DNA of 64,000 bases from an uncultured Beijerinckiaceae bacterium (GTDB lineage: Bacteria; Pseudomonadota; Alphaproteobacteria; Rhizobiales; Beijerinckiaceae), in the NCBI GenBank assembly GCA_964247745.1, contig CAXTVT010000003.1, forward strand, positions 23,835 to 87,834, written 5' to 3'. A model generated the notes under the pieces. It was not told where the DNA came from. It made no database searches and saw nothing but the letters and a program-made list of their open reading frames with translations. Both the position numbers and the translations under genes were made by a program. Position 1 is the stretch's first letter. Each line of letters begins with the position of its first letter. Shown piece by piece: positions 55,923 through 64,000 of the stretch.

Positions 55923-56489
55923 ATGAACGTCCTCGTGACTCCCGGTGGACACCGCGCCTTCACGATCGCCGACATGGAGCGGATGGTCACGGCCGGCATT
56001 CTCGACCCGGACGAGCGGATCGAGCTGATCGCAGGAGAGCTGGTCCCGATGTCGGCGAAGGGATCTCGCCATGAGAGCATCAAGGCGGCCATCACCCTTC
56101 GCTGGGGGCGGGGCTATCCAGAGGGATACGGCTTCGTGCCGGAAACCGGTCTGAGGCTCGACCCCCTCAATTATATCGAACCGGATTTCATTGTCTTCTC
56201 CCGAGCGAAACGCCTCGCCGAGACGCGAGGACCGGACGTCCTCCTCGCCATCGAGGTCGCGGATTATTCGCTGGACTACGATCTCCGTCGCAAGCCGCTG
56301 GTCCATGCCGCCTTCGGCGTTCGCGAACTCTGGGTGATCGACGCTGCCCGCCGAAGGGTTCATCGCCATACCGACGTGGCGTCGGACGGCTATACCGACA
56401 TCACGACTTGCGACGCGTATGAACGACTCGTACCGCGCCACGCGCCGGATGCGTTCGCCTTCGCGCTCGACGATCTGGACGATCTATAG
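55923..56489 (+). CDS. Uma2 family (DUF820) putative endonuclease
   Basis: ERIELIAGELVPM, IEPDF, LAIEVADYSLDYD...KPLVHA...GVRELWVID. Confidence 0.88.
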   Translation: MNVLVTPGGHRAFTIADMERMVTAGILDPDERIELIAGELVPMSAKGSRHESIKAAITLRWGRGYPEGYGFVPETGLRLDPLNYIEPDFIVFSRAKRLAETRGPDVLLAIEVADYSLDYDLRRKPLVHAAFGVRELWVIDAARRRVHRHTDVASDGYTDITTCDAYERLVPRHAPDAFAFALDDLDDL

Positions 56490-56493
56490 CTCT

Positions 56494-57429
56494 CTACGCC
56501 CCCATCAGCGTCTCGACGTGCGCGGCCACCGATTTCGACAGGCCCTCCAGGTCGTAGCCTCCCTCAAGGATCGAGACGAGCCGGCCGCCGGCGTGACGGC
56601 GGGCCAGGTTCATCAGCTGCTCGGTCACCCAGACGTAATCGTCCTCGACCAGCTCGACCGAACCGAGCGGGTCGCGCCAGTGCGCGTCGAAACCGGCGGA
56701 GACGATCACGAGGTCCGGCGCGAAGCGGTCGACCCGACCGAGGATCGTGCCCATCGCCTCGCGGAAGACGTCACCGGCGTCGCCGGCGCGTAGCGGCGCA
56801 TTGACGATCTGGTCGTGGTCGCCACGCTCGCCCACCGCGCCGGTACCGGGGAACAGCGGCATCTGATGCGTCGAGCCGTACATCACGGTCGGATCGCTCC
56901 AGAAGATCGCCTGCGTCCCGTTGCCGTGATGCACGTCGAAATCGACGATGGCCACGCGCGCCGCGCTATGGATCGCCTGAGCGTGACGCGCGGCGATGGC
57001 GGCGAAATTGAACATGCAGAAGCCCATCGGCGTCTGCACCTCGGCATGATGGCCGGGCGGCCGCACCGAGAGGAAGGCGTTGGGATGGCGGCGCGTCATG
57101 ACCGCGTCGACCGCGGCGGTGGCGCCGCCGGCGGCGTGCATCAGCGTCGACCAGGTCTTCGGGCTGAGCACGGTGTCGCCGTGATCGATGGCGACCTTGT
57201 CCTCGCCCTCCTGGGGGACGGCCGCCTCGACGGCGGCGACGTAGCCGGCGGGGTGGACGCGCGTCACAGCGGCTGCCGCTCCCCACGGCGCGTCCTCCCG
57301 GGTCAGGGCATCGAACCGTGGGTCTTCGAGCTCGGCGTCGATGGCGCGGATCCGATCCGCTCGCTCGGGATGATGCGGCCCGGTGTCGTGGTCGAGACTC
57401 GAGGAATGGCGAAGGAGAAGCGTGCTCAA
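56494..57429 (-). CDS. Histone deacetylase family protein (Zn-dependent amidohydrolase)
   Basis: TTG start at 57429; [46 protein letters not shown]. Confidence 0.92.
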   Translation of the reverse strand: MSTLLLRHSSSLDHDTGPHHPERADRIRAIDAELEDPRFDALTREDAPWGAAAAVTRVHPAGYVAAVEAAVPQEGEDKVAIDHGDTVLSPKTWSTLMHAAGGATAAVDAVMTRRHPNAFLSVRPPGHHAEVQTPMGFCMFNFAAIAARHAQAIHSAARVAIVDFDVHHGNGTQAIFWSDPTVMYGSTHQMPLFPGTGAVGERGDHDQIVNAPLRAGDAGDVFREAMGTILGRVDRFAPDLVIVSAGFDAHWRDPLGSVELVEDDYVWVTEQLMNLARRHAGGRLVSILEGGYDLEGLSKSVAAHVETLMGA

Positions 57430-57611
57430 AGGTTCTGTCTCGCGCGACGACGCAGCGTTAGCCCGAGAAGGGCGCGCGGGCGAGAAGGTTTCGCATCGCC
57501 CCGCCGTCGAGCACGTGGCGTTTACCAAACGTCAGGCGAACCCGACCCGGGCAAGGGTTTGGCAAGGCGGTCCCGGCTAGCGTCTCGCCGTTGCACCGTG
57601 ACGGGAGGCGC

Positions 57612-57836
57612 GTGATGATTGATGGCGAAGTCGACGATGCCGGACAGACGTCCTATGCCGACGCGCTGAACGCCAAGCGCCTCAGCAAACGCATCGCGGC
57701 GGTCACCAACCGCGTGCCGAAACCGGTGCCCGTCCCGAGGGCCGACGGCACCGTGCTCCTGCGCGGCCGCCGCCGCGCCGACCGCCTGAAGACTGCAGCC
57801 GACCGACGCGGCGGCGAGCGACGGACGCAAGCGTGA
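57612..57836 (+). CDS. Possible small basic hypothetical protein
   Basis: GGGAGG RBS before GTGATG; 74 aa in an otherwise empty gap; no recognisable motif. Confidence 0.3.
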   Translation: MMIDGEVDDAGQTSYADALNAKRLSKRIAAVTNRVPKPVPVPRADGTVLLRGRRRADRLKTAADRRGGERRTQA

Positions 57837-57891
57837 GGCGAAGACACGCGACGACGGCGATCGTCGACGCAGGTCGTCGGAACCTGCCCGT

Positions 57892-58398
57892 TCAATCCGT
57901 CATCATCAACGCCCAGTAGGTCTTGAAGCGCGTATCGGGCGCGTCGGCGGCGGCGATGCCCATGCGGCGCATATGGCCGTCGAGCAGGTTGGCATTGTGG
58001 CCGGGCGAGCGCTGCCATCCGACCAGCGCGGCATCGGCGGTGGCGTAGCCGGCGGAGACGTTCTCGACGGCGTAGCCCTTGGCGTGGTGCGAGGCGTTCA
58101 GCCGATGGTCGAGCGAGCCGACGAGCTCGTGGCTGAGATGGTTGGCGCGCGCCATGGCGTTGGCCTGCGATTGCGCCAGCGCCATCAGCGCCGGGTCGAT
58201 GGTCACGGGCGACAGGTCGTGGGCGCGGCGGTAGGCCGAGATCCGCGCCTGCAACTCGGACGGATCGAGCCGCACCACCACGCTCTGATGCAGCTCGGCG
58301 ATCGCCGGCGGTTCGCTGGTCTCGGAGGCGAGGCAGCCGGCCAGCGCCAAGCCCGCGGCACCGAGCGCCGCGACACGCAAGATGATGAAGGCCTGCAC
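57892..58398 (-). CDS. CAP (SCP) domain lipoprotein
   Basis: GTG start at 58398, lipobox LAGC; ISAYRRAHDL, ENVSAG, WQRSPGHNANLL, MGIA. Confidence 0.88.
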   Translation of the reverse strand: MQAFIILRVAALGAAGLALAGCLASETSEPPAIAELHQSVVVRLDPSELQARISAYRRAHDLSPVTIDPALMALAQSQANAMARANHLSHELVGSLDHRLNASHHAKGYAVENVSAGYATADAALVGWQRSPGHNANLLDGHMRRMGIAAADAPDTRFKTYWALMMTD

Positions 58399-58403
58399 TC
58401 GGA

Positions 58404-60839
58404 TCAGCCCACCTTGCGCGCGCGCGCCGGCTCGATCTCCGCCGGGCGCGCCGCCTTGAGCAGTTGCTCGAGCCTGTCGAGATCGACGATCTTGATCGTC
58501 GTCGGATCCGGCGCGGGACCATCGAAGAAGTGGAACTGCCGGAACTGACGGCAGATCTCGAAATAGAGGTCGCTCTTGGTGCGCGCCATGCTTTCCACGT
58601 CGGAGACGTAGCAGAACAGGTCGAAGGTCATCGCCGCGCCGGTGAGGCTGGTGAAGCGCACCTGCGGCGAGGGCAACGACACCACGTCCTCGTTGTCGCG
58701 GGTGATGTCGAGCAGCACCTCGCGCACCTTTTCGGGATCGGCGCTGGCGTGCACCGTCAGCTCGATCGTGAGCCGCCCGACCCGGTCGGTCCGCATCAGG
58801 TTCTTGACCACGCCCGAGACGAGGTTGGAGTTCGGCACGATCACGGCGGCGCGATCGAAGGTCTCGATCTCGGTAGACCGCACGTTGATCTTGCGCACGT
58901 AGCCCTGGTCGGAGCCGACCACGACCCAGTCGCCGACCCGCACGGCGCGTTCCCAGAGCAGGATCAGGCCTGAGACGAAGTTGTTGACGATCGATTGCAG
59001 GCCGAAACCGATGCCGACCGACAAGGCGCCGGCGACGATGGCGAGCTTCTGGAAGTCGACGCCGAGGTTGGCGGCCGCGATCGCCACCGCGATGATGAAG
59101 CCGATGTAGCCGAGGCTGGTCTTGATCGAGTTGCGCAGGCCGGAATCGAGACGCGTCGTCGGCAGGTAGCGATCCTCGAGCCAGTTCTGGATCGCGCGCG
59201 TGGCCGCCAGGACCAGCAGGAACGTCACGATCGCCACCACGATGCCCGCGATGGAGATCGTGACGTCGCCGACCTTGAAGCCGAAGAACAGCGCGCCGAG
59301 GTTGCCGGCGAGATCGCTCGACTGCATGCCCCAGGGCGCGATCACGACGATCGCCGCGACCACGAAGAGCGCGAGCCGGGCGAAGCCGGAGATGAGCACC
59401 GGCAGCTGCTCCAGCGTCTCGCGCCGCAGGCCCACCGTGTAGATCAGGTTGCGCCCGAGCCGCGAGGTCGGCTGGAATCCGGCGGCGCTGCTCTCGTCGA
59501 CGAGACGCACCAGCAGGAAGAGGATCGTGCCGACCGCGGCGACCAGCGTCAGCTGCTCGTCGAGGAAGGACGCGAAGGGGATGAAGCCGACGAGGACCGC
59601 GACCGTCATGGTGACGATGAGCGCCCACAGCAGGCCGCGCACGATGCCGAACAGTCCGTTGTGCTGGGTCGGCGCGGCACCGGCCTCGGCCTCGGGATCG
59701 TCGCGCAGGTCGAACAGCGCGAGCACGAGGGCGCCGGCGACCAGCAGCGCGCCGATGCCGCGCGCGACGACCGAGAATTCGAGCGAGGCGTAGATGATCC
59801 CGTTGACCGCCTCGATGATCTTGGCGCCGGACACGATCGCCGCCACGCCGACCACGATGCGCGTCAGCTTCTCGACGGTGTCGTCGTCGAGCGACACCAT
59901 CCGCCATTTGCGCCGGCCCGGCGCCAACAGCGCCCGCGAGAGTCCGACGGCGAGCGCCAGCCGGATCACGCCCCATTGCATGGCGTCGAACAGCGGCGCC
60001 AGCCTCGGTTCCGGCGCGACGGCGAAGCTGAACACGTAGACGACGCCGTACATGATCCCGATGGCGAGGCCGGACACGCTGATCGCGGTCCACCAGGCGA
60101 CCAGGATCTTCCGCCAGCGGCCCGGCTTCTCGATATGGCTCTCCTTTGCCATGACGCGGCGTGCGGCGAGGGTCAGCGGCCAATAGAGGATCACGACGCC
60201 GAGGATGACCGCCCAGAAGGCGACGAGGCGCCCCCCGGTCAGGTTCTCGTTGAACGTGTCGAGCCAGTTGTGGAAGACGCGGCCGGCGTCGGAGATGTTC
60301 CCGGGCGTCTCGCGCGCGACGGTGAACCACAGCGGCGGACTGAGGATGCTGGTGGAGCGCTGGAACAACGACGTCGTGAACAGCGCGCGCTGCCGTTTGG
60401 CGGAATAATTGGAGAGCTGCTGCGCCTTGATCAGCAGCAGCTTGGCCGATTTGAAGAGGCCGTCGTTGGTCTGGAAGGCCTTCTCCAGCTCGGTGCGCTG
60501 TTTCGCGATGTCGGCGCTCTCGCCTTTCTCCGGCTTGGCACCCAGCTCGTCGAGACGCGCCTTCATGGCCGCGACGCGCGGCGAGAGCCGATCGACCAGG
60601 GTCTGGGCCTCGCTGGTCAGCGGACCCAGCTCGGTCGAGATCTCCACGAGCTGAGCCTGCGACGGGCGCTGGACGTCGACCTTCTTCTCCGTCGCCGCGA
60701 TCCGCTCCGAGAGCTTCTGGACCTCCGCGTCGAGGTGCCCCTGGGTCTCCGTCCCCTGCGCCGATTGCGCGTGAATCATCCCGGACGGCACGACCGCGAG
60801 CGCCAGCAGAACGAGGCAAAGACGGAGGAGGCGGATCAT
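58404..60839 (-). CDS. Large MscS-family mechanosensitive channel (DUF3772-type N-terminus)
   Basis: Signal peptide, coiled-coil region, many TM helices; GALSVGIGFGLQSIVNNFVSGLILL, VGDWV, IVPNS. Confidence 0.92.
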   Translation of the reverse strand: MIRLLRLCLVLLALAVVPSGMIHAQSAQGTETQGHLDAEVQKLSERIAATEKKVDVQRPSQAQLVEISTELGPLTSEAQTLVDRLSPRVAAMKARLDELGAKPEKGESADIAKQRTELEKAFQTNDGLFKSAKLLLIKAQQLSNYSAKRQRALFTTSLFQRSTSILSPPLWFTVARETPGNISDAGRVFHNWLDTFNENLTGGRLVAFWAVILGVVILYWPLTLAARRVMAKESHIEKPGRWRKILVAWWTAISVSGLAIGIMYGVVYVFSFAVAPEPRLAPLFDAMQWGVIRLALAVGLSRALLAPGRRKWRMVSLDDDTVEKLTRIVVGVAAIVSGAKIIEAVNGIIYASLEFSVVARGIGALLVAGALVLALFDLRDDPEAEAGAAPTQHNGLFGIVRGLLWALIVTMTVAVLVGFIPFASFLDEQLTLVAAVGTILFLLVRLVDESSAAGFQPTSRLGRNLIYTVGLRRETLEQLPVLISGFARLALFVVAAIVVIAPWGMQSSDLAGNLGALFFGFKVGDVTISIAGIVVAIVTFLLVLAATRAIQNWLEDRYLPTTRLDSGLRNSIKTSLGYIGFIIAVAIAAANLGVDFQKLAIVAGALSVGIGFGLQSIVNNFVSGLILLWERAVRVGDWVVVGSDQGYVRKINVRSTEIETFDRAAVIVPNSNLVSGVVKNLMRTDRVGRLTIELTVHASADPEKVREVLLDITRDNEDVVSLPSPQVRFTSLTGAAMTFDLFCYVSDVESMARTKSDLYFEICRQFRQFHFFDGPAPDPTTIKIVDLDRLEQLLKAARPAEIEPARARKVG

Positions 60840-60927
60840 CAGGCTCGCGAAGACGGTGTCGGGAGATCGGCAAGAGGCCGTTGAAATCCGGTTTTGTTGC
60901 GGCGCCGCATCGCGATGCCATCCGGAC

Positions 60928-61920
60928 ATGGACGCCGACGCGCCGAGCCACTACGTGACGCTTACCCTGCCCCGGCGGGTGCCCCGTCCGGAGATCCCCT
61001 TGATCGATCGCTCGCACACCACCGGATTCGCGCTCAACACGCTGGATCGCATGGCCAACCAGCGGGAGGACGAGGGTTTCATCGCCGGGCTGCGCGACCA
61101 TCCCGCGACCCGCTATGTCGTGCTTTCGGGCGAGATCCCGGCGCTCAAGGCCGAGGAGGCCGGCAACGATGCGCTGTTCACCTTCGCCGAAGCCAAGGCG
61201 CTCGGCAACGCCACCCACACCGTCTTCCTCGGCTGCCACGGCGATCGCGCGATCTTCGCCAAGCTGATCGAGGCCGCGAGCCACGACAATTCGCAGGAGC
61301 GCGGTGCGCTGTCGTTCATCGACCTGCGCACCATCGCCAACCAAGGGCTCGTCACGCCCGACATCGTCGGCGCGTTGAGCCAGGCCAAGAGCCTGTTGTA
61401 CTGGCACAAGCACAACGCGTTCTGCGCCAATTGCGGCCAACCGACCCGCGCCTCAATCGGCGGCTCGCGGCGCGAATGCGACAATTGCGGGCGCCACCAC
61501 TTCCCGCGGCTCGAACCCGTCGTCATCATGCTGGTCACCGACGGCGACCGCTGCCTTCTCGGCCGGCAGATGCGCTTCCCGCCAGGCATGTATTCCTGCC
61601 TCGCGGGCTTCGCCGAGATCGGCGAGACGCTGGAGGATGCGGTGCGGCGCGAGGTGATGGAGGAGGCGGGCCTGAAGGTCGGCCGCGTCGACTATTTCGC
61701 CTCGCAGCCCTGGCCGTTTCCGTCCTCGCTGATGATCGGCTGCACCGCCGAGGCGCTCTCGACCGACATCACGATGGATGCCGTCGAGCTCGAGGACGCG
61801 CGCTGGTTTCGCCGCGACGAGGTGCGCCACTTGCTGACGCGCACCCATCCCGAGGGCTTCGTCTGCCCACCGAAGCTCGCCATCGCCAATCTGCTGATGA
61901 GCGACTGGGCGCAGGGATGA
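60928..61920 (+). CDS. nudC: NAD(+) diphosphatase (NADH pyrophosphatase)
   Basis: Zn ribbon FCANCG...[15 protein letters not shown], Nudix box [26 protein letters not shown]; alternative TTG start at 61000 with GGAG RBS. Confidence 0.95.
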   Translation: MDADAPSHYVTLTLPRRVPRPEIPLIDRSHTTGFALNTLDRMANQREDEGFIAGLRDHPATRYVVLSGEIPALKAEEAGNDALFTFAEAKALGNATHTVFLGCHGDRAIFAKLIEAASHDNSQERGALSFIDLRTIANQGLVTPDIVGALSQAKSLLYWHKHNAFCANCGQPTRASIGGSRRECDNCGRHHFPRLEPVVIMLVTDGDRCLLGRQMRFPPGMYSCLAGFAEIGETLEDAVRREVMEEAGLKVGRVDYFASQPWPFPSSLMIGCTAEALSTDITMDAVELEDARWFRRDEVRHLLTRTHPEGFVCPPKLAIANLLMSDWAQG

Positions 61921-62600
61921 GCGGCGCGCTCGTCCTCTTCTCCGGCGGACAGGATTCGACCACCTGCCTCGCCTGGGCTCTGGAACGCTACCTACGCGTC
62001 GAGACGGTCGGCTTCGACTACGGCCAGCGTCACCGCGTCGAGCTCGACGGACGACCGCGCCTGCGGACGGCTCTGGCGGAGCATTGGGGCGACCGGCTCG
62101 GGCCCGACCACACGATCGATATGACGGCTTTGGCCGGCATCGGCGAGACCGCGATGACGCGCGACATCGCGATCGAGACCGACGCCAAGGGTCTGCCCAA
62201 CACCTTCGTGCCCGGGCGCAACCTGCTCTTCCTGACCTATGCCGGCGCGCTCGCCCATCGCCGCGGGCTCGACACTCTCGTCGCCGGCATGTGCGAGACC
62301 GACTTCTCGGGCTATCCCGATTGCCGCGACGACACGATCAAGGCGATGCAGGTGGCGTTGAACCTCGGCATGGACGCGCGCTTCCGGATCGAGACGCCGC
62401 TGATGTGGCTCGACAAGGCGGACACCTGGCGGCTCGCCGAACGCCTCGGCGGCGACGATCTCGTCGAGCTGGTCGTCGAGGCGACACACACCTGCTATCT
62501 CGGTGAGCGCGGCGCCCGTCACGATTGGGGCTATGGCTGCGGCACCTGCCCGGCCTGTGCGCTGCGCGCCGAAGGCTGGCGGCGTTACAGAGCCGCATGA
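61917..62600 (+). CDS. queC: 7-cyano-7-deazaguanine synthase
   Basis: [39 protein letters not shown]...GCGTCPAC; ATGA overlap with nudC. Confidence 0.96.
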   Translation: MSGALVLFSGGQDSTTCLAWALERYLRVETVGFDYGQRHRVELDGRPRLRTALAEHWGDRLGPDHTIDMTALAGIGETAMTRDIAIETDAKGLPNTFVPGRNLLFLTYAGALAHRRGLDTLVAGMCETDFSGYPDCRDDTIKAMQVALNLGMDARFRIETPLMWLDKADTWRLAERLGGDDLVELVVEATHTCYLGERGARHDWGYGCGTCPACALRAEGWRRYRAA

Positions 62601-62685
62601 ACCGTCGTGAGAGTGAACGCCCGTTCACCGAGACACTGACGAGACCCGGTCCGGTGAGATAGGCGTCACTAGGATCCCGTCGGCT

Positions 62686-62967
62686 TCAGTGAAGCGGCTC
62701 GGCGTGCGTGTGGAACGCGCGAAGACGGTGGAATACGGTCGTGTCGTAATTGCCCGGAAGCGCGAGTTCGCCGGTCAGCCAGGAGAACACGTCGCGATCC
62801 GGGGCTTCCATGAGAAGCTCGAGCTGGTCGATCTCCGCCTCCGGCAGGGCACCCAATTCGCTGTCGGCGAAGCGCCCCATCAAAAGGTCCATCTCTCGAG
62901 TGCCGCGATGCCAAGCGCGAAACCTCAAGCGTCGGCGCCGCGTGTCGAGATCGGCTTCGTCAGTCAT
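62686..62967 (-). CDS. sdhE: Succinate dehydrogenase assembly factor 2 (SdhE/Sdh5)
   Basis: RRLRFRAWHRGTREMDLLMGRF...PDRDVFSW. Confidence 0.93.
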   Translation of the reverse strand: MTDEADLDTRRRRLRFRAWHRGTREMDLLMGRFADSELGALPEAEIDQLELLMEAPDRDVFSWLTGELALPGNYDTTVFHRLRAFHTHAEPLH

Positions 62968-63019
62968 CGATGTCCCGAATTGGCGACGCGAACCTGGTCG
63001 CGCCGCTCCGTCCTCGCAT

Positions 63020-63733
63020 TCAGTTCGTCGCGGCGACCATCGTCGCGTCCGCCTTGTAGGCGGTCGGAAACAGCTTCTTCAGTCCCTCGACCTTGGGGAT
63101 GTCGTTGGCAGCGATATAGGGGTTGTGCGGATGCAGCGTCAGGTAGTTCTGATGATAGCCTTCCGCCGGGTAGAAGCTTTTATAATCCGACACCTTGGTC
63201 ACGATCGGCCGCGAAAAAGCGTGATCCTTGCCGAGCTGCGCGATGTAGTCCTTGGCGATCTTGGCCTGCTCGGCGTTGGTTGCGAACAGGTCGGATCGAT
63301 ATTGCGTGCCCTCGTCCGGGCCCTGGGCATTGAGCGTCGTCGGGTCGGTCACGACCGAGAAGTAGATCTGCAGCAATCGGCCGTAGCTCACTTCCTTGGG
63401 GTCGTAGCTGACCTTCACCGACTCGGCATGTCCGGTGTCGCCACCACTGACGGTCTCGTAGTTCGCCGTGTTCTTGGCGCCGCCGGCGTAGCCGCTGACG
63501 GCCGCCGTCACGCCCTTGACGTGCTGGAAGACGCCTTGGACGCCCCAGAAGCACCCGCCGGCGAATACGGCGGTCTCGGTCTTACCGCCGGATGAAGCCG
63601 GCTGATCGACCTTCGGCGCGGGCATCGCTCTCATGTCCTCGGCGGACGCGTACGGCGGCAGGATGGTCGCGCCGGCGCCGATCGCGAGACCGGCCGCAGC
63701 CAAGGCGAAGAGGGGCATTCGGAAATTTGTCAT
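63020..63733 (-). CDS. msrA: Peptide-methionine (S)-S-oxide reductase MsrA, with signal peptide
   Basis: AGGCFWGV, SGYAGG, TGHAESV, QGPDEGTQYRS, FYPAEGYHQNY. Confidence 0.97.
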   Translation of the reverse strand: MTNFRMPLFALAAAGLAIGAGATILPPYASAEDMRAMPAPKVDQPASSGGKTETAVFAGGCFWGVQGVFQHVKGVTAAVSGYAGGAKNTANYETVSGGDTGHAESVKVSYDPKEVSYGRLLQIYFSVVTDPTTLNAQGPDEGTQYRSDLFATNAEQAKIAKDYIAQLGKDHAFSRPIVTKVSDYKSFYPAEGYHQNYLTLHPHNPYIAANDIPKVEGLKKLFPTAYKADATMVAATN

Positions 63734-63758
63734 CGCTTGTCTCCTTAGGCAGCGTGGG

Positions 63759-64000
63759 TCAGGCAGCGCTGGCGCCGGACTCGAAGGTCATCGCCGCACC
63801 GTTCATGCAATAGCGCAGCCCCGTCGGCCTCGGACCGTCGTCGAAGACATGGCCGAGATGGCCTCCGCAATTGGCGCAATGCACCTCCGTACGCACAAAC
63901 CCGAGCGTCGAATCGCGACTTTCGCCGACGGCGCCCCTGATCGGCTCGTAGAAGCTCGGCCAGCCGGTGCCGCTATCGAATTTCGTCTCCGAGCGGAACG
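63759..64000 (-). CDS. msrB: Peptide-methionine (R)-S-oxide reductase MsrB, C-terminal part (runs off window)
   Basis: Manual translation: [11 protein letters not shown]...[32 protein letters not shown]; stop at 63759-63761. Confidence 0.95.
   Translation of the reverse strand, partial: FRSETKFDSGTGWPSFYEPIRGAVGESRDSTLGFVRTEVHCANCGGHLGHVFDDGPRPTGLRYCMNGAAMTFESGASAA

Noticed and set aside
57892-61440. 1182-aa minus-strand ORF
   Set aside because: Only its last 168 aa (the CAP lipoprotein, GTG at 58398) are real; the rest is an alternate frame of the MscS gene and antisense to nudC.
61917-62600. queC as part of a 7-deazaguanine DNA-modification (dpd) system linked to the R-M gene
   Set aside because: It lies 11 kb away among housekeeping genes with no dpdA/tgt-like gene; it looks like ordinary queuosine-pathway QueC.

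Overview
High-GC (roughly 65-70%) chromosomal segment of an alphaproteobacterium. It is most consistent with Hyphomicrobiales/Rhizobiales, inferred from the rpsT-dnaA pair, split carA/carB, the TPR-der pair and the prfB frameshift. Most of the window is core genome: carB, greA, pheS, dnaA, rpsT, proS, der, prfB, nudC, queC, sdhE, msrA/msrB and tRNA-Leu(CAA). A 17.8-kb single-strand trehalose/alpha-glucan operon (otsA-glgX-treZ-[malQ-treY fusion]-glgE-[treS-maltokinase]-glgB) is linked by five consecutive ATGA overlaps and preceded by an EcfG-like promoter. The main accessory feature is an MmeI-like (Type IIL) restriction-modification gene. Its central ~1.35 kb (catalytic NPPF motif plus target-recognition domain) is sharply AT-rich inside an intact GC-rich reading frame, which looks like a recently swapped specificity cassette. 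It has a divergent 88-aa partner ORF, followed by a non-coding array of ~31-32-bp units with a 17-bp inverted repeat. A second, diverged copy of that element lies ~50 kb away, downstream of carB. No CRISPR array, integrase or transposase was recognised. Most long extra ORFs in the track are high-GC shadow frames.
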